DNA of 64,000 nucleotides from NCBI RefSeq assembly GCF_009914755.1, contig NC_060935.1, one strand, 5' to 3'. Origin of the DNA: the human T2T-CHM13v2.0 reference genome, Homo sapiens. A program made the translations under genes and the position numbers. Under the pieces are notes generated by a model that did not search any database, was not told the origin of the DNA, and worked only from the letters and a program-made list of their open reading frames with translations. This document shows, in pieces, positions 41,068 through 54,652 of this stretch (position 1 is its first letter; every line of letters starts with the position of its first letter).

Positions 41068-42690
41068 TGAGAGATGACAACGTGCTAGCAGCCCTGGCTG
41101 GCCTTCGGTTCCTCCTCGTCCTAGGCTTCCTCTCTGACCACGCTCGAGGAGCCCTTCAGTCCGCCACTGCACTGTGGGGGCCCCTCTGTGGGCTGGCCGA
41201 GGCCGGAGCCAGCTCCCTCTGCTTGCAGGGAGGTGTGGAGGGAGAGGCGCCGCCAGAACCGGGGCTGTGCAGGGCAATTGCGGGCCACAGTGAGTTCTGG
41301 GTGGGCGGGGCCTCAGCGGTCCCCACACTTGGAGCAGCCAGCCGGCCGGCGATGCCAGCTCCAGGCAGTGAGGGGCTTAGCACCTGGGCCAGCAGCTGCA
41401 GAGGGGGCGCCGGGTCCCCAGCACCACCGGCCCACCCATGCTGCGCTCGAATTCTCGCCAGGCCTCAGCCACTGCCCCAGGGGGCAGGGCTCAGGACCTG
41501 CAGCCTCCCATGCCCCAGCCTCCTCACCCCGCCTCCCCCCATGGGATACCGCATGGCCCCAGCCTCCCTGACAGGCGCTGCCCCCTGCTCCCCGGTGCCT
41601 GGTCCCATGGACCGCCCAAGGGTTGAGGAGTGCGGGTGCACCCTACGGGACTGGTGGGCAGCTCCACCGGTGGCCCCGGCACGGGATCCACTAGGGGAAG
41701 CCAGCTGGGCTCTTGAGTTGGGTGGGAACTTGGAGAACTTTTGTGGCTAGCTGGAGGATTGTATATGCACCAATCAGCACTCTGTGTCTAGCTGAAGGTT
41801 TGTAAACGCACCAATCAGCACTCTGTATCTAGCTAATCTGGTGGGGACTTGGAGAAATTTTATGTCTCGCTAAAGGATTGTAAATACACCAATCAGCACT
41901 CTGTGTCTAGCTCAAGGTTTGTAAATGCACCAATCAATACTCTGTGTCTAGCTCAAGGTGTGTAAACGCACCAATCATCACCCTGTGTCTAGCTCAAGAT
42001 TTGTAAACACACCAATCAGTGCTCTGTGTCTAGTTAACCTAGTGGGGACTTGGAGAACTTTTACCTCTGGCTAGAGGATTGTAAATACACCAATCAGCAC
42101 TCTGTGTCTAGCTCAGGGATTGTAAACACACCAATCACACTCTGTCAAAACGGACCAATCAGCACTCCGTAAAATGGGCCAATCAGCTCTCTGTAAAATG
42201 GGCCAATCAGCAGGATGCAGGTGGGGTCAGAAAAGGGAATAAAAGCAGGCTGCAGGAGCCAGTAGTAGCAACCCGCCTCTGTGGAAGCTTTGTTGTTTTG
42301 CTCTTTGCAATAAATCTTGTTCTGCTCTTTCTTTGGGTCTGCGTTGTTTTTATGAGCTGTAACACTCATTGCGAAGGTCCACAGCTTAACTTCTGAGGCC
42401 AGCGAAACCATGAACCCACCGGGAGGAATGAACAACTCTGGACGGGAGGAACAAACAACTCCCGAGGCGCTGCATTAAGAGCTGTAACACTCACCGCGAA
42501 GGTCTGCAGTTTCACTCCTGAAGCCAGGGAGACCAGGAACCCACCAGAAGGAAGAAACTCTGACCATGTCCGAACATCAGAAGGAACAAACTCTGGACAC
42601 ACATATTTAAGAATTGTAACACTCACTGTGAGCGACTGTGGCTTCCTTCTTGAAGTCAGTGAGACCAAGAACCCACCAATTTCGGACACA
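41068..42690 (+). mobile_element. Solo LTR12 (ERV9; LTR12C/D/E-like), 1623 bp, 4-bp TSD ATAT
   Basis: tgagagatgacaacgtgctagcagccct...ttcggacaca; GC-rich U3; CCAAT tandem repeats; U5 repeats gctgtaacactcac; ATAT at 41064-41067 and 42691-42694. Confidence 0.97.
41760..42260 (+). promoter_or_regulatory. LTR12 enhancer/promoter: 11 CCAAT boxes and a TATA-like GGGAATAAAAG
   Basis: Eleven CCAATC counted in 41770-42208; TATA-like box at ~42235-42245. NF-Y binding to ERV9 LTR repeats is established; activity of this copy is not shown. Confidence 0.7.
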
Positions 42691-43295
42691 ATATGATTGT
42701 TGGTTGCTTGTATGACTTGTTGGGAAAATAGTTTGTTTATGTTTTTGTCCTTTTTTTAATGGGGTTATTTATTTTTTGCTTGCTCAATTGATTTACTTAT
42801 GGATTCTCAAGGAGATTTTCATCTTTGTCCTCTTCCTTTTGCCTTGCCTTTAACATGGATTCCTACGCTTTCTGGAAGAGAATAACATAGTGAAATTTGC
42901 AATTCAGAAAAAAATACATTGGCAGTTGAAATTTGTATAGTACACTATGATATGCATTTATATATAAATATGTTCAGTTTTAACAGATGCCTAGTAACAT
43001 ATAGTTGAATGGATCTAGGAGATTCTGCTATTGAGAAGAAAAAAACTGGAATGTATTTTCAAAATTGTACAACTCCTATTCATACACTTTTATATTTGGT
43101 ATATCTGTGAGAAAATATCCATGAAGAGAAACGTAAGAACTTACATAAATTGGAAGAGTAAAGCATATCTAAGACATCCAGTTTATGAGTGACAATTATA
43201 AAAAAAAAAATCAGGTAAGTATGTCAGATCCTTGTATCTGTTTTCAGGTAATCTGGCCAAATAGCAGTAACATCATCTTTAAAAAATGAGTTTAA

Positions 43296-43594
43296 GGCCG
43301 GGCGCGGTGGCTCATGCCTATAATTCTAGCATTTTGGGAGGCCGAGGTGGGCAGATCACAAGGTCAGGAGATCAAGACCATCCTGACTAACACGGTGAAA
43401 CCCCGTCTCTACTAAAAATACAAAAAATTAGCTGGGCGTGGTGGTGGGCGCCTGTAGTCCCGCTACGCGGGAGCCTGAGGCAGGAGAATGGCATGAACTT
43501 GGGAAGCAGAGCTTACAGTGAGCCCAGATCGTGCCACTGTACTCCAGCCTGTGCGACAGAGCAAGACTCTGTGTCAGGAAGAAAAAAAAAAAAA
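43296..43594 (+). mobile_element. AluY, TSD GAGTTTAA
   Basis: ggccgggcgcggtggctc..., AluY diagnostics, A-tail, flanking gagtttaa on both sides. Confidence 0.97.
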
Positions 43595-44295
43595 CAAGAG
43601 TTTAAAACCAGGGTGGGTCAGAGTGGTGCGCATATACATATAAAACGTGACAATTTCTTGTGTAAAAAATAAGATTTTTAAAAGACATTTCTAGTCTCAT
43701 ATGAATACTACAAATTTTTATTTGCTAGCGTTTTTGGGGTGAATGCCAAAAACCCTTGTGAGGTACCTGGAAATGGACTGGAAAGAGTAGGTGGCAAATG
43801 AAGGCAGAATAGTACAGTGTTCTATTAGATGGGACCAATGTTAAAAATAAACTCTGAGTTAAGAGACATCACATCATTTCCTGAGACAGAATACAAACAA
43901 ACAAAAGATTCTTTTCTACCTGTTTAAGAGATTGGTAGTTTTACTAACTTATTTTTCTCTGAAAATAACATACGCATATTGGCAATTTTCTTTCACTTTA
44001 TCTAAACTAGATACAGTGATGTAATAAACTATCAAATTTTCATACGTTGGATGATTGAAAAATTTAGAAATTTCTAAACTTATTCACTTGCATTTATATA
44101 TCATGTGTAATGACCTCATCAGGGATACCTTTTTTGATTCATTTACACCAAATTATGTGTCTTTTATAATTTTATAATGGTTCGCTCATCTTCAGATTTA
44201 TTATATATCTTATAGCGTGTGATTTAGTAATTATGTATGGCAGAGTGTGATCTTTTGTTTCAAATGTAGGATATTTGAGTTGATATTGTACCACT

Positions 44296-46495
44296 TCCTA
44301 CATTTGAAGTGGTACAATATCAATTCTAAATAGACTTCTAAATATACTAGACTCTAGAAAAACAAGAAGGTAAAAAAAAAACTGTGAGGTTGTAAACAAA
44401 ACCTGATTATATATTGATTATATTAAATTACATGTAAATACTTTAATTGAGAGAAAGATATCGCCAGACTATATAAAAATATACAATCAAATTATACTTG
44501 ACAATTATTTAAAAATGCACTTTATATACAAAGTCTCAAGAAAGATGAAAGTAAAATATGAAAATATATGCTATGCAAACTGCAAGAGAAAAGGCTTTAG
44601 CGTGTCTCACATCAGATAAATTAGCCATGACAAAATAAATTACCAGAGAGAAAGAGAGGCATATTATAATGTTAAAAGGGGCAATCCTTTATTCTAAAAG
44701 ACATAACAATTCTTAAATTTGTAAGCACCTAAAAGAGCTTCAAATTTCATGAAGCAATAACTGACAGACTTAAAGGAATAGACAAATCCACAATGACTTT
44801 GGGATATTTTAATACTCCTTTCAAGCTAATAGATAGAACAAAGAGAAAACTCAGAGAAGATGTAGAAATTGGAATTCTAATGACTTTCAAGTTCTTTATA
44901 TGTCAATGCTGAAAATGAAAGTCTCTTTTGTTATATATATTTAATGTTATTTCTAAATGAACTTCACCATCTTTGCCAATGATAGCTATGTCTATTGACT
45001 GATTTCCTCCTCCTTTGTCTTAAGGCTCTCATTTTCCTGATTCTTGTGTTTAATGATTTCGAATGTATACTGAATTGTAGATATTACATTATTGGGCACC
45101 AGGATTTTGTTATCTTCTAAGAGTATTACATTCTAGTAGATAATAATTGTTTAGCTTGGTTATTTTGAGTTTTGTTTTTAAGCTTTATAAGGTTGGTCTA
45201 AATGAGACTTTACAGGACTGTTTTGGCCTTGCTTGTAAGACAGGCCTTTCTAGGGTTTTTATTAAATATCTTAGTGGTTAAGTCTTTCCATTCTGGCTTG
45301 TTGGAAATTGAATGTCTAGGTGAGCTCTAGTAATTTTTCACCTTGCAGTTCTTTTCTGGTGGTTCTTTAGCTGACCTTGCAGCATGTTTGTTTATGTATA
45401 TGCAGATTTCCATTCATCTAAAGACATAAGGGAACATCCCTGAAAATCCTGTGTACTCTTTTTCTGCATTGCATTCTTAAATTAAGTTCAGCCCAAAGTT
45501 GCCTCCTTACACATTTTAAGTTTGGCCTAAAGGTTTCTCTATACATAGTGAAGTGTAACCTAGCTGATATGTTAAGCAGACTGTATCCTACACTTGTGCC
45601 AGCCACTGAGTTTTTGCCAGTGAAGAGAAGTCGACTGTTAAAACCATGTTCAAACACAGCAAACACCGAGCTGTAACCAGAGGAGCTGTTTTTGTACCTC
45701 ACTTTCATTTTCTGTATGTCATTTTGCTTTTTCTGTCCATAAATCTTTGATCGCATAGCTGCAATGGAGTGTCTCTGAACTTAGTCTGGTTAAGGGGCTG
45801 CCTGATTTGCAAATCATTCTTTGCTCAAACTGTTAAATTTAATTTGTCTAAGATTTTCCCTTTAACAGCTTTGAAGCCTCTGCTGTTTTGTAACATAAAT
45901 TATACCTGATCACCTTTCTCTAATGTTAAACTCTTTTTTTCTCAACTAATCAAAACTTCTGTGGTCTGCTTGGGTTTTTCTTCCATATGGTACTTCATAA
46001 ATTGTCTCCAGATAAAAACAAAACAGAACAAAAACAAAAAAGAGCAACTGCAGGGATTTCTTGCCTATTTCTCCTCTCTTTAGTACGACAGTCTGGCAGT
46101 AGTGGCTGTCTACTGTCTTAAACATTTGTTTTATTATATTCTGTCTAGTCATCTAGTTGTTTATGGCAAGAGGGCTTGTCTGAGGCCAGATGCTTCATAT
46201 TGGCCAAAGGAGTTATTTTCTCAATTGATTTTTGACAAAGGCACTTAGATATTTCAATGTACAAAGGAGCATTTCTTCAACAATTGGTGCACAAGTAACT
46301 GGATGTTTGCAATGAAAACTAAAAGTGAACTTTGACCCTTACCTCACTTCATTAAAAAAAAAAAAAGGTAACTTGAAGAGGATTATAGAAAAGAATATAC
46401 ACCAAAACTATAAAACTTTAAGAAAACTATTTGAGAAAAAATTCTTCATGACTTTGAAGTAGGCAAACATTTCTTAGGGCACAGAAAGCATTATT
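44296..46495. mobile_element. Cluster of ancient L1M fragments in both orientations
   Basis: + strand ORF2 endonuclease-like at 44400-44870; reverse-strand ORF1-like at 44880-45470 and 45870-46200; + strand ORF2 at 46210-46495. Confidence 0.6.
45475..45867 (+). mobile_element. MER57 solo LTR (ERV1)
   Basis: ttaaattaagttcagcccaaagttgcctccttac...tttaaca matches the MER57A/B outline. Confidence 0.8.
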
Positions 46496-46895
46496 CCCAA
46501 AAACTTCTTGACCAAACTTTAGACAGACTCCTCTGAGTTCGCTCTTCAAATGGGCCTTTTCCTCAGGTCTTGTCTTAGACTTGCCTAGTCCAGTTGTAGC
46601 TAAGTCAGTTTAGGGAGACTCCCCACCCTTGATATCTAAACCTGATCAAGTGGCTTTCAGAAAGGATTCTATTAGGCAGGTTTAGCAAGAATCCCTCTAC
46701 CCGTGATAGCTCCCATTAGTAGTTTTCTATCCATTGACCTCCATAATTCTGCTCATTGGCTATAAATCCCCAGCTGTCTTTGCTATATTTTTGCTATATT
46801 TAGAGTCGAGTCCCATCTCTCTCCCTTATTTCAATAGCTTTGACATTTGTTTCAAAAGTCCTGAATCAAATCTTTCTTATCATTTTACAAGTAAA
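46496..46895 (+). mobile_element. MER31/MER67-like LTR
   Basis: ttgaccaaactttagacagactcctctgag..ccccacccttgatatct..cattggctataaatcccc. Confidence 0.6.
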
Positions 46896-47119
46896 CATGA
46901 TAAACAGAACTTCAGTAAAATATAGCAGTGTAATATTTTGGTCTCCCTTAATAAATCAAACATAGGTTAATATTTGCCGCTTTATTTGTCAAATTCTAGT
47001 AATGAGAAAAGTTATTTAGTCCAAAGGGTTTTATTGTCAATCAAATTTAGGAAAATCATTTACATTAAACACAATTTTATTATTATCAAAACATCTAATA
47101 ATAGTAATTAGGTTCACGA

Positions 47120-47322
47120 GTACATGTTCAGGGGTACATGTGCAGGTTTTTTATAAAAATAAACTGGTAAACTCATGTCATAGAGGTTTGTTGTACAGAT
47201 TATTTTGGCACCCAGGTACTAAGCCTTGTACCCAATAGTTATTTTTTCTGATCCTCTCCCTCCTCCCACCCTCAACACTCAGGTAAAACCCAGTGTCTGT
47301 TGTTCCCCTCTTTGTGTCCATG
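47120..47322 (-). mobile_element. Short old L1PA 3'UTR fragment
   Basis: ttcaggggtacatgtgcagg..cacccaggtactaagcc..ctttgtgtccatg. Confidence 0.85.
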
Positions 47323-48914
47323 AAGCACAATATTCTAATAAAGACTCTGAGAAATCCGGAGAAAATAAATCTTTTTCAACATTGTTCCACTCATATTATC
47401 GTAGCATTAATCTTTTTTGGGGGAGTGGAGAGTAAATATTATTAAAGAAAGTTAAATGGTTCTATGGAACATCTTTATCAAAACTCTAGCTTCACTAATG
47501 GTGTGGAATGTTTAGCACTGCTTGCTACTCTATAAACTTGACAGACAGATCCTGATCATTGAAAAGCCTACTCCAAGTAATTAAGGAATAGTCTATTCTG
47601 AGAAATCAGTGTGAGAAGCAGAGAAAACAGGTCAATGAAATAAATAGTATGCTAAAAATTAGTCTTTTGTTGTGTATATTAATTATCATCTATGTTTCCT
47701 CAGAAAAAATATAAAATAATATCATTTTTGAAGGATAAAAGTTAGTATTTGCTATAATTTATATCATTCAGATCAACATTCAAAATTTCCCCTTAGTGTT
47801 AGCAGCATTAATAAGTGAACAAATAATAATAACAAAAATAAATGAATACAAACATAGATACATAAATGAACAGAAGAAAGAAAAAATAGCTTTAAGTGGA
47901 GATGCAAATTTTAAATAGTATATACTACAGACACCAACTTTTAAATACGCTGTTTATTAATTCATAGTTATTTCTTAATTCTAATAATGTTTCTTAGGTG
48001 TGAGTGGTTTTGGCAGGACATAAATACTCCTATCAAATGTACATCCCCTATTTTGTCTCCATTTTGAAGAGTTTTATTTTGCTACAACCTGAGCAACATT
48101 GCAGAGCCAGAACATATCAGTGTACATCCCTTTATTGGGGATACACATCTCTTCAAATATGGAATTAATGTATATCAGATTCTTTTTAAAAAAAGAACCC
48201 TAATATTGTACCTTGCATGATCAGTGCAAATATTTGCAAAAATACATTACTTGAACAAATCAGAATAACTTCCTCCCATTTGTGTAAAACATTTCATGGT
48301 ATTGAAATTCTAACTGAGCTTTTTAGATTTCCAAATTTTAGCTAAAGAGGAAAAAAACAAGTATTCTTTCAGACTGGGACAACTGTACCCCCTCACTCCA
48401 TGATAGGAAAACAAAATAAAAAACCCTGTTCAAAATTAGCTTGGAATTCTAAGTGGGGAACTCTTAAACTTGATGTATCTGTTCATTCACTCTGCATTAA
48501 ATGTTCATTTTGCTCCTGGTGCTTATCCAATTGGCCCTCCTTGGAGTTATTGCGTATAATATGTACTTGTACCAGGACACTGTCCACTCCTCTAGAGTCA
48601 GTATGATGTCTGAATCCTGTGTGTTTTGGTTATCTGCTCTCCTTTAGCCTGCCCATCTAAAGACAGTCTATGTACTTCAGCTATTGCAGTAAAAGACAGA
48701 AAAGCCTGAGTGCAATAAGCCAGATATAATTAAATAGCCACGAGGGGTTGGACTCAGATGGTTAATAAGTGTCAAAGGGACAAACATTTGCCTTTGAACT
48801 AGGTCAATTATGAGATATTTAAAGGGTAACAGATCTGTGTATACTCATTCAGAAAGAGTATACCTCTCAGGCCTGGAAGAAGAAATGGCTTCTGAGAATC
48901 AAGGAGTTCAACAT

Positions 48915-50722
<1,808 letters not shown>

Positions 50723-50943
50723 CTTTTTAAATGAATGTGTTAATGCTAATATGCCAAATTTTAATTGAATAAAAAACAATCTTTTACTTTACAGATTTGA
50801 TTCAGTTTTACACCAATCCATTACATTTTACATCATGAAGGTCTAATTTTTGAACAGAACATAAAGCAATAATGTTGACATAGTTGAAGGAATTCTTAAT
50901 ATTTTGTCTCTTCTTTGCAATAAAACTATGTTTTCTTCCTCAG

Positions 50944-51006
50944 AATAAAAGCTTGAAAAACAAACTCTTGTCAGGAAACAAGCTCTGTGGCATTCACGCA
51001 GAAGAG
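50944..51006 (+). CDS. LUZP2: LUZP2 internal coding exon (probably exon 6), 63 nt, phase 0/0: NKSLKNKLLSGNKLCGIHAEE
   Basis: Acceptor tgttttcttcctcAG| and donor GAG|GTgagt, open frame between them, in non-repeat DNA. The peptide matches my recollection of human LUZP2 coiled-coil residues ~133-153. Exon number is from memory. Confidence 0.93.
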
Positions 51007-53687
51007 GTGAGTAAATTTTTGCTTCTTCTAGCTTTAACCAGATAAAAACAGTATTATTGTCAGATTTTTGTTCAACTCAGACATCTGGTAACTCTTTTTC
51101 CTCCTAATACAAATGCCAATTTTTAAATAGAAAAATATAATATATTTTAAACCTTTTGGTATCTTTGTGTTTTAACATTTCAATAGCCAAAAGGAAAAAA
51201 AAAAATTAACAAAGGCAGGTAATGATCACCTTTGTAGATTTTTTTTTTTCTGGATTTCTTCCTTATCTGGACTATCAGAACTTCCTTAATAGCAAATTAC
51301 TGGGAGTCCATAAAATTTCCTTTTTTTTTTCCCCTCTCTTGTACTTTCTATGTGATGTCTACAAAGTTTTGCAGTGGCAAGTGACTGTCAGAGTGAAGAT
51401 TCCGGGCTTGTCCATAAACCATACAAAATCAATACACTCATTGGTTCTATTTGCTGTGTAGTAAAATTGTCTCATATATTTCTCAGGGGGAAATGTCATT
51501 CTGCTTAACATAGATTTAACTAAAATAATCATTTTTCTATATTTCTCATCTCCAAGTCTATTCTTATGACTCTGTAATGTGAAAATGTAGCTCATAGAAG
51601 CCTTAGTAATATCAATGAAATAGGAATGATACTGTCATGATAAGTGATTGTTTATGACTCAAGGAGAGGAGACAAGAGTCACTGTTTTAGCTGCATCCTC
51701 CAAGAAGCACACACTAAGATATATTAAATGTGCGAGAAATATATTCAAGAAATAGCTTATGAATGATAAGGGACAGTCATGAGTGGCTTCATATCATGAT
51801 GAATGTCTTATACCTAAGATGTAGAGGGAAGGAAGGAAGTTTAGCTGCAATGAGAAAAGTTGCTTACACAAGTTAAAACAAGTTTACCCTTTGTCTCAGA
51901 GTTGTCTAGAAGTAAGGCGAAGAGTTTCTAAAACAGCTCTATTGTCTTTAAATTATGGCATGACCACTGATTCAAAAATATCTTTTTCTGCCACTATCCT
52001 CTTCCAGCAGGAAGGAAAGGGAAGATAACCTGGTGAAGCACAAGCGTTGCTTCTCAGGAGTCCACCCAGGAAATAGTCTCTTCTATCTCATTGTACCCTA
52101 TTTGCTAAAACTAGCTCACATGCTGAGCTAAGTTGAAGCGAGTCTGGAAAATGTCACTAGGTCAGTGGTCCTGTGTCCAGCCCAAACTAAGATTTGTTAA
52201 AGAAGGTGAAAACTCTCCTTGAAAAACAAGAAAAAATCATTAACACAAATACAAAAAAAAAAAAAAAACATTAACACAAATACAAAATAACATGCAATGT
52301 AACAATCCATTTTATAATATCTTTCCTATAATATTATATATGGCATGAATAGAAGTGTTTAATACACAAAAACTAAAAGATGATGTTCCATAGGATGAAA
52401 AATTAGCCTAAATGGTTTGTAGATCTGATCTAGTGTAGCATTTCATTTCTTTGTATTTTTCTATTTGAATACAAATAGACTTGTACATTGTTTATATTTC
52501 CTAGGTTTTGGAAATAGTATAAATGTGGTTTGTGCAGGTTGTGAGTATTACTTACAAGAGGGTAACAAGGTAGAATGATGTTTTGAATAAGAAATATCTA
52601 GATTGAAGTTATATTCTGATATGATTTATATGTGTTCAGGGTTCACATGACACTCATGTATATGAAAGAGAGGAAGCTCCTATGAGAAATATCTGTGGTG
52701 CACAGAAGTAAAAATGGGCTTACCTTTATTGTTTAGTCTGTCAGTTCAAGAATAATTCGTATTTTTTCTTCATCTCAATGCCTTTGAGAATATATTATCC
52801 CTGAATTGTTAGATACTTCATGTATTAGTGTTGCCTAATATTGAAATGTATTGTCATGCCTACTATTGAAATGTATTGTAATAGGTTCATTGCAATTTAT
52901 TTGCTGTATGTCATTATGTATTTATGGAATAAATTTAGAGCTTAACATTCTCGGTAATGGGGCAGGCATGTGTTTTTGTCTGTCACAATACAATTTCAAA
53001 ACAATATGGTGGCAAATTTAATTATTTGATTCACCATCACTACCAAAAACAAAATACTAATATATTTTCTTGGTTAGGAGCTAAAATGGAGATTGCCTGT
53101 TAGATCAGTGACCCTCAACTGTCAGTATTCATAGAATAAAATATCTAAATCCCATTGACACCCAGAAGATTGCCATTGTTTTAATTTGCCAGAGGATAAT
53201 ATTCACAAGGGAAGCTACTATAAACACCATCTACCAAAATCATCACTCCTATTTTATCAAAGAAATGCTGTTTGAACATGAAATTATAAGAAGCAAAAAT
53301 CTCAGACTGAAAGATAATCTCCTGAATGGGATAAAAAAGCTGAGCTAAAATATCCTATCATGGCTGCCTACTTTTTCATCGTCCTTGTCTTTTTATATAG
53401 ACAATGTTATCATTATTAGCAACTTTAATTTTGCCGTGAAATCTTCTTATGAAAACTTTATGACTCACAGTCACCAACATCTGGAACTGTATTTAAAATC
53501 ACTAATTGTTTGAAGGTTATCCTTTTGATAATTTTAGCTTTTCAAAATGTTGCTAACAAGTTAAATAAAACGATCTAAGTGTTAGCTGGGTTTTGAATTA
53601 ATATATATTATAAAAAAGAGATGTACCCACTCAGAATGCATTTATTCTTTGCATAATCTTTCCTGAAATCCTCAGACAGGAAGTTGC

Positions 53688-54085
<398 letters not shown>

Positions 54086-54652
54086 TAAAACATTTTTTAA
54101 AAAATATATATATATAATTATAGCAAAGCTCAAAAAATCTAGTCATTCAAGGCCATCAAATGCAGAAGGTTTTATTGTAGTTCCTGAATGAATCATTGAA
54201 TAATTGATGTTTTGATAATAATTCCAAGTTATGTGGAAAATTTTAAATGATATTCTGTACATTCAGAATATGCACTTTAATTATGTTTTAAAAATGAACA
54301 CCTCAAATTGTTAAAAGGCAACCATTCTGACACTTGAAAGATAGAGCATCAATTATGTGGAAGAATTGACATGCAGTTTGGCAACTCATGTGCACCATAT
54401 GTGGTAGTAATCTCCCACTCTCCCTTGATATTCATCAACATTATTTTGAGGGAAAAAAAAAAAACAAAAGAAGAAAGTCTGTTTTCCTGAGAAACCTGGT
54501 TGTAAACGAGTCCTAGACAGCAGATTGGAAAAGCAGGGAGAAAATGCCAATCAACTGTGCATTTGAAATTGTGAGAGATTTAATAAATTATTGTTTTCTA
54601 AAATCAGCAGCACAAAATAATGATAACCATGTAAAGCAGAATTATCTTAGAG

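Larger units (their letters stand above)
40300..42808 (-). mobile_element. L1PA16/L1PB-like 3' fragment split by LTR12
   Basis: Reverse-strand L1 3'UTR/ORF2 at 40300-41067, resuming at 42691. Confidence 0.85.

Noticed and set aside
41043-41750. 235-aa Pro/Ala/Gly-rich ORF and overlapping ORFs
   Set aside because: They arise from the stop-poor, GC-rich U3 region of LTR12.
41755-42210. CRISPR-like regularly spaced repeats
   Set aside because: These are the known ~41-bp LTR12 enhancer repeats; the spacers are not unique and the DNA is primate.
52832-52883. 25-bp tandem duplication (similar small ones near 29615, 40107, 46779 and 57985)
   Set aside because: Ordinary slippage-type micro-duplications with no further structure.
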